Positions 32,235 through 41,199 of a DNA stretch of 64,000 bases are shown piece by piece. Position numbers and translations under genes: made by a program. The notes beneath the pieces were generated by a model, which saw only the letters and a list, made by a program, of their open reading frames with translations, was not told where the DNA came from and did not search any database. Origin of the DNA: a virus (taxonomy: Duplodnaviria; Caudoviricetes); the IMG/VR virus record IMGVR_UViG_3300032318_000487, positions 15,390-79,389 of that record; one strand, written 5' to 3'. Positions within the stretch are counted from its first letter, which is position 1. Every line of letters starts with the position of its first letter.

Positions 32235-32518
32235 CCGTCAAATACATCTGGTGAACCAGCGGCAACGGCAGTACATCCTGAAATGCTATCGCCTATTCTA
32301 CCAACACCTAAAGAGTTTGCAAAGCTGGTTGTAGAACCTACTGCGATTGGTGCATTGTGTATTGGACAAGGACTTCCAGGTAAAAGATGAGATGTATTTA
32401 CATCAGTGCGTCTACTAACACCTAAACCATTAATAAAAACATCTGATGACTTGCCTAATCTGGTCATACCAGAACAATGTGCAACATCTGCGTCAGTAAA
32501 TCTAGTTACGGCTGGCAT
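32231..32518 (-). CDS. PAAR-repeat spike-tip protein (T4 gp5.4-like)
   Basis: MPAVTR..D, GSSDVFING, H..PI..GS, V.RIGD.I.GC..VAAGS.DVF. Confidence 0.9.
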   Translation of the reverse strand: MPAVTRFTDADVAHCSGMTRLGKSSDVFINGLGVSRRTDVNTSHLLPGSPCPIHNAPIAVGSTTSFANSLGVGRIGDSISGCTAVAAGSPDVFDG

Positions 32519-32714
32519 AGTTCTTTTCTCTGGTTAAAAGTTCTCTGAGCTTAGGTACAAAACTATCAATAAAATCATGCTGTTCTTTTGTATGAGGAGG
32601 TTCAGGATATTCAGGCAAGAACTCAATGACATTATCAAAAGTCTCAGGAATGTCTTCATAGTTCTCGAAGACGTGTATTTTCTTACCTATTCTAATAGTA
32701 AACTTACCTCTCAT
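32502..32714 (-). CDS. conserved T4-like small protein adjacent to PAAR
   Basis: DIPETFDNVIEFLPEYPEPPHT..QH. Confidence 0.75.
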   Translation of the reverse strand: MRGKFTIRIGKKIHVFENYEDIPETFDNVIEFLPEYPEPPHTKEQHDFIDSFVPKLRELLTREKNYASRN

Positions 32715-33019
32715 TTCTTACCTCTGTAACCAGAAGTTAGAATCTTAGGATTTAGATCGATACGCAGAGACTGTTGTTCGATGTGTTCAGAAGAGCCCAT
32801 ATAGATTTTACCATCAACATCAAGATCGAATGATTCAGAGGCGTGCATCTTAATCTTCTTGGCATCAAACTCAATAGTGTCATTCTGGAAACACAACTTG
32901 TTCTGTCCAGAAACAATGACGTTATTGTCCTTATCGATATTGATTGTTACTCCGCCATCAACTTCAATAAGACAGGGTTTCGAAACTACAAGATATTCGT
33001 AGTCAAGTTTCTTAAGCAT
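32711..33019 (-). CDS. hypothetical protein, beta-rich (spike/baseplate-like repeats)
   Basis: ORF track; alternating-pattern beta strands. Confidence 0.55.
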   Translation of the reverse strand: MLKKLDYEYLVVSKPCLIEVDGGVTINIDKDNNVIVSGQNKLCFQNDTIEFDAKKIKMHASESFDLDVDGKIYMGSSEHIEQQSLRIDLNPKILTSGYRGKK

Positions 33020-33603
33020 TATGAACTCACTTTCTTAGGTCTTCCTGATCTTCGCTTTACTGGTTGTTCATCTGATTGAGTAACAACGTCTAAGATTGTG
33101 GCGATTCCAGTTGAACCTAGTCCACCGACTCGATCAGTCTTTTGTGTTGGTGCGATGATTGTTTCAGAGACCACATACTTAAGTTGAAGAATAAGTTCAG
33201 CTTGTGCAATACGATCACCTGGCTTAATTGTTTGATGATTCTCACTTAAGTTTGTTAACAACACGAATGTCTCTTGAACATAATCTGAGTCAATAACAGC
33301 TTCAAGATTTGCCAGCACTAGACCCTGCTTATATGATAGACCAGATCGTGGATGAATACGAACAGAGTAACCTTCTGGAATATCAAAGATCAATCCTGTA
33401 GGAACCATAACACGATCACCTGGCATGATCATAATATTACCAGAGTTTAGCGGTCGAGTGAAAGGTGCATTGTAACCATTATAACCAGAGTACTGATGCT
33501 TACCATGAGGTTGAAATGCCAAATCAAAACATGCTGCCTGTTCAGTACCAAACTTTGGCAAAATAACTTCAGGATGTGTCTTATAAATCTTCAATTCTAA
33601 CAT
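33019..33603 (-). CDS. dut: trimeric dUTPase
   Basis: AACFDL, VPTG, PRSGL, VID.DY, GDRIAQ, R.GG.GSTG. Confidence 0.95.
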   Translation of the reverse strand: MLELKIYKTHPEVILPKFGTEQAACFDLAFQPHGKHQYSGYNGYNAPFTRPLNSGNIMIMPGDRVMVPTGLIFDIPEGYSVRIHPRSGLSYKQGLVLANLEAVIDSDYVQETFVLLTNLSENHQTIKPGDRIAQAELILQLKYVVSETIIAPTQKTDRVGGLGSTGIATILDVVTQSDEQPVKRRSGRPKKVSS

Positions 33604-33618
33604 AATGTATCTCCGTAA

Positions 33619-34938
33619 TTATCTAGAAACTTCTTCCCAATCTATTGTGACAAGTGCATCATCACCTGCTACGGCTGTAGCCATAGTTACAGTAACAGGA
33701 TAAGACGTGTGTGTCAACCCATTTCTTTCAAGCTGAAACTTAAATAGTGCTTCCTTAAGAATATCTGTAGCTACAGATGCCTGTGTTGATGATGTTACGT
33801 ATCCAGAAGCAAGAGTTCTACCGCCTGTTGCAGTATTTGCAGTCAGATCATACTCGACTGAAGAGTTTGTATCCGCTGAAGTCCATGTCGTATTAGCTAG
33901 AGTTGGATTAGCAATAACTTTCCATTTCGCTCTGGCATTATTACCCACACATAAAATAGACAGAGCCGTTATGATAACGATAGCATCTTGTCTGGCCTGC
34001 TTCAATCTTATTGAAACTATAGGAACATCTACACCTGGTGTACCACCCATATCTTTAGGTGATTGAACAGGTGTACCAACAGACTGTTGCGACCCTCTAA
34101 GTTCATATCCACCTTCAGTTATAACAGAAGAGCAAATTTGCTTCAGCATACTGTTGCTCGTTGTTATACCCGTATTGAATATCTCATATCTTAAAGGTAG
34201 AGAGGCGGTCTGAATGTATGTAGATGTTATGTAGTTGGCATGGTGAAATGAATGGCAGTGTATGAATTGACCGTCGATGACAAATCCACATCTTACTGTG
34301 CCTAGACCAAGCCATTCGATATCTGTCCATAAAATCTGAGCCTTACTCATATCCAAAGTTCTCTGAGAAGGACTACCTGCCGTAGCACCTAATAGAGTAT
34401 CATAGTTCCAGTCTGCTTGATTGACTCTTGTTTCAAGAACACTACCACTGACAATTGATCTTTCAACAAACGAGATCGTGTTACCTGTTTGCTCAAGATA
34501 GATACCATTGTTTGCGCCGAAGTATCCAACTCTCTGTGTTAGATTGGCTTTGGCTGGTTCCATAACAAAAGTGTTGAGTACAAGAAGAGACTTACCAGGT
34601 TGATAAGAGAAAACTTTTGTCGTCTCACGAACAATGTTTGCACTGTTTGCTGTTGTGATAGCAAGATTGACCAAACCTTCGTTCGGCGAGAAAGTGACTG
34701 TGCTATTTCCAGCAGCACTATTCGCGGTATCCCAAAGACCATTATCTGCATATCTATGTGAAGAATCGAATAAGGTAAGAGGAGTAGAAACTCTTGATCT
34801 ACCGAAAGCATCAATTGCAACACCAGTAGGATTAGCAGGACCAACTTGATTGCCATATTGATCTGCCAACATGACGACTTCAAAAAGAGTTTTCTCTTGC
34901 GGTAGATATTGATGCGAATCGATTCTAAACTGTGCCAT
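33619..34938 (-). CDS. conserved hypothetical, probable virion structural protein
   Basis: DAFGRSRVSTPLTLFDS, YQPGKS, WLGLGTVRCGF, ASLPLRYE; Thr/Ser/Ala-rich beta composition. Confidence 0.7.
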   Translation of the reverse strand: MAQFRIDSHQYLPQEKTLFEVVMLADQYGNQVGPANPTGVAIDAFGRSRVSTPLTLFDSSHRYADNGLWDTANSAAGNSTVTFSPNEGLVNLAITTANSANIVRETTKVFSYQPGKSLLVLNTFVMEPAKANLTQRVGYFGANNGIYLEQTGNTISFVERSIVSGSVLETRVNQADWNYDTLLGATAGSPSQRTLDMSKAQILWTDIEWLGLGTVRCGFVIDGQFIHCHSFHHANYITSTYIQTASLPLRYEIFNTGITTSNSMLKQICSSVITEGGYELRGSQQSVGTPVQSPKDMGGTPGVDVPIVSIRLKQARQDAIVIITALSILCVGNNARAKWKVIANPTLANTTWTSADTNSSVEYDLTANTATGGRTLASGYVTSSTQASVATDILKEALFKFQLERNGLTHTSYPVTVTMATAVAGDDALVTIDWEEVSR

Positions 34939-35342
34939 TAGTCTTCTCTTCTTTTCTTGCCTATCGAGTATTTAGTGACAAGATTCCAATTATTCTTTTC
35001 TTTATGAGGAATAATCTTGATTTGGCTCAGATTTGAATTGGGGTAGTCTGTCTTCTTAGGATCAACTAGATCGATGAGTTCCCATTCACATAAAAGATTA
35101 GCAATTGTGTTTAGTCTAATCTTGTCTGACTCATCAAAGTTTGAACTCTTACCATCAAGAAGAAACATCTGTTTAAAGTGTACGATGTAGTATTTACTCT
35201 GTTTATGAAGAATGTGACAAGACTGGTAAAGTGTCTTGTCTTTCTTAGATGCGATTCCAATTCTTGATAGTGTTTCTCTAACCTTTAAAAAGTCGTCAGA
35301 GTTACGAAGTGTTACTTCTACTAGTTCCTCTAGTTTTATCAT
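34938..35342 (-). CDS. regA: translational repressor RegA
   Basis: DFLKVRETLSRIGIAS, LYQSCHILHKQ..YYIVHFK, IPHKEK..W.L..KY.IG. Confidence 0.97.
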   Translation of the reverse strand: MIKLEELVEVTLRNSDDFLKVRETLSRIGIASKKDKTLYQSCHILHKQSKYYIVHFKQMFLLDGKSSNFDESDKIRLNTIANLLCEWELIDLVDPKKTDYPNSNLSQIKIIPHKEKNNWNLVTKYSIGKKRRED

Positions 35343-35724
35343 TACTTAAACCACCTTTGTTCAAATGTTTTTTAATCTCGTCAATTTGGTCTTTTGTCAA
35401 AATACTCAATGCTTCTCTAGCCTTTTCAGTTGAGAAGTTATAGAACTCTTTAACATATTCCAAATCTTCGATGGATTCTTGTTTGATCCACTTTTGAAAT
35501 GGTCTCTTGTATCCACGAATAGTATTTATCAAAAAGTGATATTGTAGAAGTTTATCTGTGTTTGGTAGTCTATTCATCTCATTAGCAAACAAGACGCAAT
35601 CCTTGTGAAAGGAAAGCGCCCTGTTAACGACGTATGGAACATACTCTTTCTCGTTTTCTTCGAAGATAGTATGTTTCTTTGTTTGTAGAATTGATGGTAC
35701 AACTTCTTTGAATAGATCGGTCAT
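35302..35724 (-). CDS. gp62: clamp loader small subunit
   Basis: Y.P..VNRALS, QY.FL.N.I, VKEFY..S.EKA.EAL.IL; position after gp44. Confidence 0.92.
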   Translation of the reverse strand: MTDLFKEVVPSILQTKKHTIFEENEKEYVPYVVNRALSFHKDCVLFANEMNRLPNTDKLLQYHFLINTIRGYKRPFQKWIKQESIEDLEYVKEFYNFSTEKAREALSILTKDQIDEIKKHLNKGGLSNDKTRGTSRSNTS

Positions 35725-36656
35725 GTCATCTCACAGTCAATCATGATTTCAGTCAAACATGCCACAAGGTTGATCTCTTGATCAGCAACGAAGGCACTTT
35801 GATACTGATACTTAGAGATGATCAAAACTGCTTGTGGTATGCTATCTGGCTTGAAGTACTCATATAGTGAATCATATATCTTACGATAGATGCGAGATGG
35901 GTCAGCATCAGAGTTTGCAACAACCCACTTTCTCATTTCACTGAAGTTCTTATCTTTTAGATGAGAGACAAGTTCATTAATCTTTCTGATATCTGAAATC
36001 TGTGCAAGAGTACCTGCATTGATAGAACCAGAAGATGCATATCGCTGAAGTTCATTCAGCGTTCTACGATAGTCAGGAAAGTGCTTCTCAACAATCTTGA
36101 TTAGAACTTGCTTATCGTACTCGATAGATTCTTTGTTTAGAATTACAGACAATCGACTAAACAACTGTGCTGCCATTCTTGGCTTCTCTTCAGTCTTCAA
36201 TGAGAAGTCAATAACTGAACAGCGAGAGTGTAGTGCTTCAATCAATCTGGACTTGAAGTTACAAGTGAAGATGAATGTACAATTATCTGAAAACTCTTCG
36301 ATTGCACCTCGAAGACCAGCCTGAGCTTCTGGTGTAAGATAGTCTGCCTCATCTAGAATGATAACTTTTCTACCACCAGTTAGAGAGATGGTAGATGCAT
36401 ATGACTTGATCTTAGTTCGAAGCACGTCAATGCCACGTTCTTCAGATGAGTTGATGAACAAATGATTTACACCAATCTCATCACACATAGCCATAGCAAC
36501 TGTTGTCTTGCCGACACCAGCACTGCCAGTCAACATAAGATTTGGAATGTTCTTAGTGTCTACATATTGCTGAAAGACCGCTTTGATGCGGTCTGGTAGA
36601 ATACATTCAGCAACAGTCTTTGGACGATACTTTTGTGACCATAAAAAATCAGTCAT
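35721..36656 (-). CDS. gp44: clamp loader ATPase subunit
   Basis: KYRP, GSAGVGKTT, ILDEAD, L.SRC, PD.R..LNELQ. Confidence 0.97.
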   Translation of the reverse strand: MTDFLWSQKYRPKTVAECILPDRIKAVFQQYVDTKNIPNLMLTGSAGVGKTTVAMAMCDEIGVNHLFINSSEERGIDVLRTKIKSYASTISLTGGRKVIILDEADYLTPEAQAGLRGAIEEFSDNCTFIFTCNFKSRLIEALHSRCSVIDFSLKTEEKPRMAAQLFSRLSVILNKESIEYDKQVLIKIVEKHFPDYRRTLNELQRYASSGSINAGTLAQISDIRKINELVSHLKDKNFSEMRKWVVANSDADPSRIYRKIYDSLYEYFKPDSIPQAVLIISKYQYQSAFVADQEINLVACLTEIMIDCEMT

Positions 36657-36853
36657 TCAATTTCCTTCAGCTTTTTCATCAAGACAGTCTTAGTCGCTTC
36701 AGGTCCAATAGTATTAACGAAGATGTTACATGCCGTAACATACATGATTGAAGCCAACTCGACCAGCTCAGTTTGATTATCACACAACATGATCTGTTCG
36801 TCAATTGGCTTCATCAGCTCTTTCATTCTTTTTATTTTGTGTTCACTCATCAC
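36653..36853 (-). CDS. hypothetical protein
   Basis: ORF track, coupled overlaps. Confidence 0.65.
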   Translation of the reverse strand: MMSEHKIKRMKELMKPIDEQIMLCDNQTELVELASIMYVTACNIFVNTIGPEATKTVLMKKLKEIE

Positions 36854-37149
36854 TGAGCTGTTTGCTTGATGACCGTATCGTAGAACTCTTCAAAGTTCTT
36901 GTTTTCTTCAACCTCATCACCGAAGTTTGCCTTATAGTAAGCCTTTGACATGCGTCGAACCATCTTCTTTTCGACACCCAGATCGTCAAAGACTTTGTTG
37001 ATTGCTTCCTTCTGAAGCTCACGTTCAGCAGCAACACGAGTCATGGAATCATTAAGTTCCATAATAGCACGCTTTAGCTTCTTTCGATCTTCAGTTGAAA
37101 GAGAATTTACAGATACGAAAGGCTTGTTGTGTCCGATACCAGCCATCAC
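36850..37149 (-). CDS. T4 DsbA/GapR-like dsDNA-binding protein
   Basis: GIGHN N-terminus; helical ELNDSMTR...ERELQKE...RRMSKAYYK. Confidence 0.65.
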   Translation of the reverse strand: MMAGIGHNKPFVSVNSLSTEDRKKLKRAIMELNDSMTRVAAERELQKEAINKVFDDLGVEKKMVRRMSKAYYKANFGDEVEENKNFEEFYDTVIKQTAQ

Positions 37150-37799
37150 TTCTTCTCCATAGCAATGTAGTAAGTTAGATTACCGCTCTTGTTAGACCAC
37201 TTAGAGAAACCACCGATTGCGATTTCAACATTGTAATCGTCTGGAATGAGACGTAGATTTTCAGTCTTGAATGAGATAGAGAAGTCTGCACCAACATACT
37301 CATCTATCGACGTTGATACAAAGTTTGACGTATCATTCTTAGCTTCATGTGCTTGAAGCTTAATCTCACCATTCTTGCCAATAACAGAAAGATTGGGCAG
37401 ATTGTTCATCGAGGCAAGACGAAGAATCTTAGTCAAAGTTGCATTGCTGATGTTAAATGCAACATCGATCTTAGGAAGAACAAGTTCTTTGTTTGGTGGT
37501 GAGATAATAAGTGAAGGAGAACATGAGTAATAGTTAAGACTCATATCACCAGAACTCATCACAACACGATCATTCGAAAACGATAGATCTGGATTACCAA
37601 GTGTTGTTACGTTACCCAAAAACTGATTTAGATCATAGATGCCAAAAACATTAGGTAGTTCATCTTCTAGCTTTGCTTCAACAAGAATAGTCTGTTCAGG
37701 AGACATGGTCTTCTGTGTCTTACCAGGCTGTAAGACAAGTCCAGAATTGATTGACGAAAAGTTCTTCATCACCTGAAGTGTACGATCATTAAGCTTCAT
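37146..37799 (-). CDS. gp45: sliding clamp
   Basis: LKNFSSINSG, FGIYDL.QFL, FK.ENL.LIP..Y, YYIAME; synteny. Confidence 0.95.
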   Translation of the reverse strand: MKLNDRTLQVMKNFSSINSGLVLQPGKTQKTMSPEQTILVEAKLEDELPNVFGIYDLNQFLGNVTTLGNPDLSFSNDRVVMSSGDMSLNYYSCSPSLIISPPNKELVLPKIDVAFNISNATLTKILRLASMNNLPNLSVIGKNGEIKLQAHEAKNDTSNFVSTSIDEYVGADFSISFKTENLRLIPDDYNVEIAIGGFSKWSNKSGNLTYYIAMEKK

Positions 37800-37815
37800 A
37801 ATATACTCCTCGTTA

Positions 37816-38490
37816 TCAAGCTACATCATTCATTGTAGTGGGTCCTGTAAAGACACGCAACATGTGTTTTACATCCGCTTCTAACATGCTCATAGTTCCG
37901 TTGTTACTGATCAAGTAGTCAAATTGCTTACCAATCCATGCCCATTCTGAAATGTGAACACCTAACTTAACCATTTCATCATGAGCCTCAGGTGCATGAA
38001 GAAATGTTTCATTATTAGCTGCATGAGCCATATCATACCACTCGGGTTCATGTCCACGAACAACACGAACGATCATTCCACCCCAACTACGAATTGCTTC
38101 TATCTCGTTGGGAAATCGAACATCAGGAATTACAAAGTTATCTTCGAGCATCCATTCTTGTGCATACTTTATCTTTTTTTCGACTGCATGAACCCATATG
38201 TCATCATGAAAAACATTTCTTCCTGCTTCAGTTCCCATTAGCTGCAATGCAAGACGGGGTGTGAAGTCACGACCAAACTTGTTGCTCCAGAAACTATCTT
38301 CAATCTCACGAAACTGGCGTGACTCGTTTGTATCACCTTCAAGAAGGTGTCTCGGCCATCCAAAGATAGCCGAGACTGCATCCTTCACTGTATCTGCAAA
38401 TGACAACTTGTAGAAATCATGTTGATCTACAAGGACATCACTGACTGTACCCTTACCAGAGCCAGCAAAACCAACGATTCCGATCAGCAT
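37816..38490 (-). CDS. deoxynucleoside monophosphate kinase (T4 gp1-like)
   Basis: GFAGSGKGT, SFAD.VKD, TPR.ALQ.MGTE, DVRFPNE, H.SEW. Confidence 0.92.
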   Translation of the reverse strand: MLIGIVGFAGSGKGTVSDVLVDQHDFYKLSFADTVKDAVSAIFGWPRHLLEGDTNESRQFREIEDSFWSNKFGRDFTPRLALQLMGTEAGRNVFHDDIWVHAVEKKIKYAQEWMLEDNFVIPDVRFPNEIEAIRSWGGMIVRVVRGHEPEWYDMAHAANNETFLHAPEAHDEMVKLGVHISEWAWIGKQFDYLISNNGTMSMLEADVKHMLRVFTGPTTMNDVA

Positions 38491-38933
38491 TGAACTTTAT
38501 TCCTATTATCTCTATGCATAGGATTACTCTCTCCAGAAAATTTTTCACTCATCATTTTTCTATATTCTTCATTTTGCCATCTTTTCTTACGAGCATCGGA
38601 CATTTTTCTTTTCGTTTCATCGCTTGTCTTCATACCAAGACGTGGAGGTTTCTGTCGTTTGCGCGATTCACTCAAGTTCTTTTTATGTTGTTCACTGAAT
38701 ACTAATTTGCGGCCAGTATTTGCTTTCTTTACTGCGAGAATAATTGCTTCGGCGTTCGATATCTGTCCAGATAAACATAACCAAGCAATTCGATCTTCTT
38801 CACATCCCAAATCTTCCCATAGTTGCTTATGAAGATTTGCATGTTGCTCTATAGTGACTTGGACAAGATTGGATGGATCATCTGTTCCACCCATATGTTT
38901 TGGTATGATATGATGTTTATGATAAATAGGCAT
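38484..38933 (-). CDS. HNH homing endonuclease (Mob-like) with NUMOD3 repeats
   Basis: HHIIPKHMGG.DD.SNL...T.EQHA..H; SEQHKKNLS and SDETKRKMS repeats. Confidence 0.9.
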   Translation of the reverse strand: MPIYHKHHIIPKHMGGTDDPSNLVQVTIEQHANLHKQLWEDLGCEEDRIAWLCLSGQISNAEAIILAVKKANTGRKLVFSEQHKKNLSESRKRQKPPRLGMKTSDETKRKMSDARKKRWQNEEYRKMMSEKFSGESNPMHRDNRNKVQC

Positions 38934-38999
38934 AGGCTGGCGCTCCCTTTAGCGTTAGAGTAGGTAGGTGCTGGTAACACCGTGACCTACACCTATTTA
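38934..38999 (-). promoter_or_regulatory. late-promoter-like box and two hairpins in the HNH leader
   Basis: TAAATA, GTAGGT..ACCTAC hairpin, CGCT-AAAGGG-AGCG hairpin over the SD. Confidence 0.6.
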
Positions 39000-39014
39000 G
39001 TAATATCGAGTGTT

Positions 39015-39833
39015 CTACAGATTTCCTGTTAGTGCGGCTACCTTATTCATATCGCCTGTAAAAGCATACGTACCTACATGTTGGGTTCTCATCCATGGAC
39101 AAAGCCATATCGAAATTCCGATTGATCTAGCATACTGACAGAACATATAATCTTCTGAAAGATATCGATGAGAATCTGGATCAATCACTGTATCAAAGTA
39201 TGCATGAATATAGCGAGAGCCATCGAAGTTTGCTTGACCTGCATGATCAGGCTTGTAGTTCAAATGAGGGTATTCTTCCTTGAACTTATCAAAGACGGCA
39301 CGCTTGATCAACATGAAGCCAGTGCCGATTTCCATAACTTCAAGCGGCTCTGATACCTTGAATGACTTTGTACCAGGAACAGGATTGAACACATAGTCAC
39401 CAGTGATTGCTTCAAGCTCACCTGGATTAAATGTCTCTTCATCAAAGTTTGGATCATTGATCACTCGCTTTGCACCAGCGAAGACATTCTTCCAGTTGAT
39501 TGACTTCTTAGGATAAGGACCACCGATAACGTCCTTGTCTATGGCAAGAAGTGCTAGAACATCTTGTGGATTGAAAAGAATGTCAGAGTCAATGAATAGA
39601 AGATGAGTATAACCAGACCTCAAGAACTCATCGACAAGGTAGTTTCTTGCACGAGTAATCAGTGACTCATTGAAAAGAAAAGAAAACCGAACTTCAATAC
39701 CATACTGTGTACAGATGCCTTGAAGATCAAGACATGCCTTCATGTAAAGACCATTACAATTTCCACCGTACATTGGTGTTGCAATGAACAGCTTATTCTT
39801 ACGTAGTTCTTCAACGCTAATTGTAAGTTCCAT
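39015..39833 (-). CDS. GT-A fold glycosyltransferase-like protein conserved in T4-like phages
   Basis: LFIATPMYGG, SLITRARN, LLFIDSDI, GTGFMLI, YLSEDY.FC. Confidence 0.75.
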   Translation of the reverse strand: MELTISVEELRKNKLFIATPMYGGNCNGLYMKACLDLQGICTQYGIEVRFSFLFNESLITRARNYLVDEFLRSGYTHLLFIDSDILFNPQDVLALLAIDKDVIGGPYPKKSINWKNVFAGAKRVINDPNFDEETFNPGELEAITGDYVFNPVPGTKSFKVSEPLEVMEIGTGFMLIKRAVFDKFKEEYPHLNYKPDHAGQANFDGSRYIHAYFDTVIDPDSHRYLSEDYMFCQYARSIGISIWLCPWMRTQHVGTYAFTGDMNKVAALTGNL

Positions 39834-39860
39834 TATATGTTCACTCCTTAAATGACAAAA

Positions 39861-39895
39861 ATGAAAGGGACACTAATATATAGAATCCCTTTCAT
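39861..39895 (-). terminator. intrinsic terminator after cobS-like gene
   Basis: ATGAAAGGGA-N15-TCCCTTTCAT followed by TTTT. Confidence 0.75.
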
Positions 39896-39909
39896 CAAAA
39901 ATGTGTGGA

Positions 39910-41118
39910 TTAGAACGCAACTTCTTCTGTGTTAGGAGTTACATTCTGAGCAGGAAGAGGATTGATAGTCTCATCTAGCTTCTTGTAGAGATCAAGAAAG
40001 CTATTCTTGGTATCAACATCGAAGCGGTTCAGACAGAACGAAATTGCCTTCTCACGGTTCTGACCGAAGATTGAATAAGCTTCGCAGATATGAACAAGAC
40101 GACGGGTAGAGATGATCTCACTCACAGCACCCTCGTAGAAGGACTTACGAATAACGTCAGCCCAAGCAACGATACGTTCGGCAAACTGGTTGTCTTCAAT
40201 GCCGTTTGAAGCCAGAACATTGTTCACAATCTTCTGTTCGATCTTGATCGAAGGATACTCTTGCTCAAGAGTGACCGAGAAACGCTCAAGAAAAGCTTCG
40301 TTCTGGACATTAGTACCGATGAAGCGACCATCTTCAGAACCCTTACCCTTGGTATTTGCTGTTGCAACAACAGTAAAACCGGGCATCGGAGTGATAACCT
40401 TGTTGATCTTCTTAAGATAGATGGGCTTGCCTTCAAGAACAGGCTGAAGGCACATCATCTTATTAGAGCCAAGATCGACCTCATCGAGAAGTAGAACAGC
40501 ACCACGTTCCATCGCAACAATCACAGGACCATTCTGCCAAACAGTCTTGCCATCTTGAAGACGGAAACCACCGATCAAATCGTCTTCGTCAGTTTCAATC
40601 GTAATGTTTACACGGATCATTTCACGCTTTTCAGCAGCGCAAACTTGCTCAACCATCATAGTCTTACCGTTGCCAGAAAGACCCGTGATATACATCGGAT
40701 AAAATTTACGAGACTTAATTACGGCACGAACGTCTGAAAAGTTACCGAACGGCACATAACCACTTACCTTCTCAGGTACAAGATTAATAGGTGCAGGATT
40801 GTTGAGAGCGACCGCTGCGACGGCCATTTCAGCCATCATCGGCACTTCAGACATTGAAGACTTAGAAGTTGAAATAGTCTTTGCCTTAGTAGGCTCAATT
40901 ACAACGTCGGACTTAGGAGGAAGAGAACCTACACGTTCGAAAGAATACACACCACGAGAAACACGGTGACGAGGATCAGTCGTCATCCAGTTGGGCCAAT
41001 CAAGACCATACTTGTCGCAAATTGTAGTAACTTGGGCACGGGTCACTGTTTCAGTAGTTGAACCAAGAAGCTTCTTGGCAGACTTGATGAACGAGGTACG
41101 ATCAACCAGACGAGGCAT
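39910..41118 (-). CDS. cobS: CobS/MoxR-like AAA+ ATPase with N-terminal extension
   Basis: GLSGNGKT, DLIGGF, LLLDEVD, ATANTKG, NEAFLERF, ISTRRL. Confidence 0.9.
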   Translation of the reverse strand: MPRLVDRTSFIKSAKKLLGSTTETVTRAQVTTICDKYGLDWPNWMTTDPRHRVSRGVYSFERVGSLPPKSDVVIEPTKAKTISTSKSSMSEVPMMAEMAVAAVALNNPAPINLVPEKVSGYVPFGNFSDVRAVIKSRKFYPMYITGLSGNGKTMMVEQVCAAEKREMIRVNITIETDEDDLIGGFRLQDGKTVWQNGPVIVAMERGAVLLLDEVDLGSNKMMCLQPVLEGKPIYLKKINKVITPMPGFTVVATANTKGKGSEDGRFIGTNVQNEAFLERFSVTLEQEYPSIKIEQKIVNNVLASNGIEDNQFAERIVAWADVIRKSFYEGAVSEIISTRRLVHICEAYSIFGQNREKAISFCLNRFDVDTKNSFLDLYKKLDETINPLPAQNVTPNTEEVAF

Positions 41119-41153
41119 AAGATTCCCTTTCGATGAAGCTCGACTATGGATAT

Positions 41154-41195
41154 ATTATACATGAATTGGAGAGGATGTCAACCGAATCCTCTCCA
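41154..41195 (-). promoter_or_regulatory. sigma70 promoter overlapped by a 10-bp inverted repeat
   Basis: TTGACA-N16-TATAAT; TGGAGAGGAT-N9-ATCCTCTCCA straddles the -35 box. Confidence 0.7.
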
Positions 41196-41199
41196 TTGT

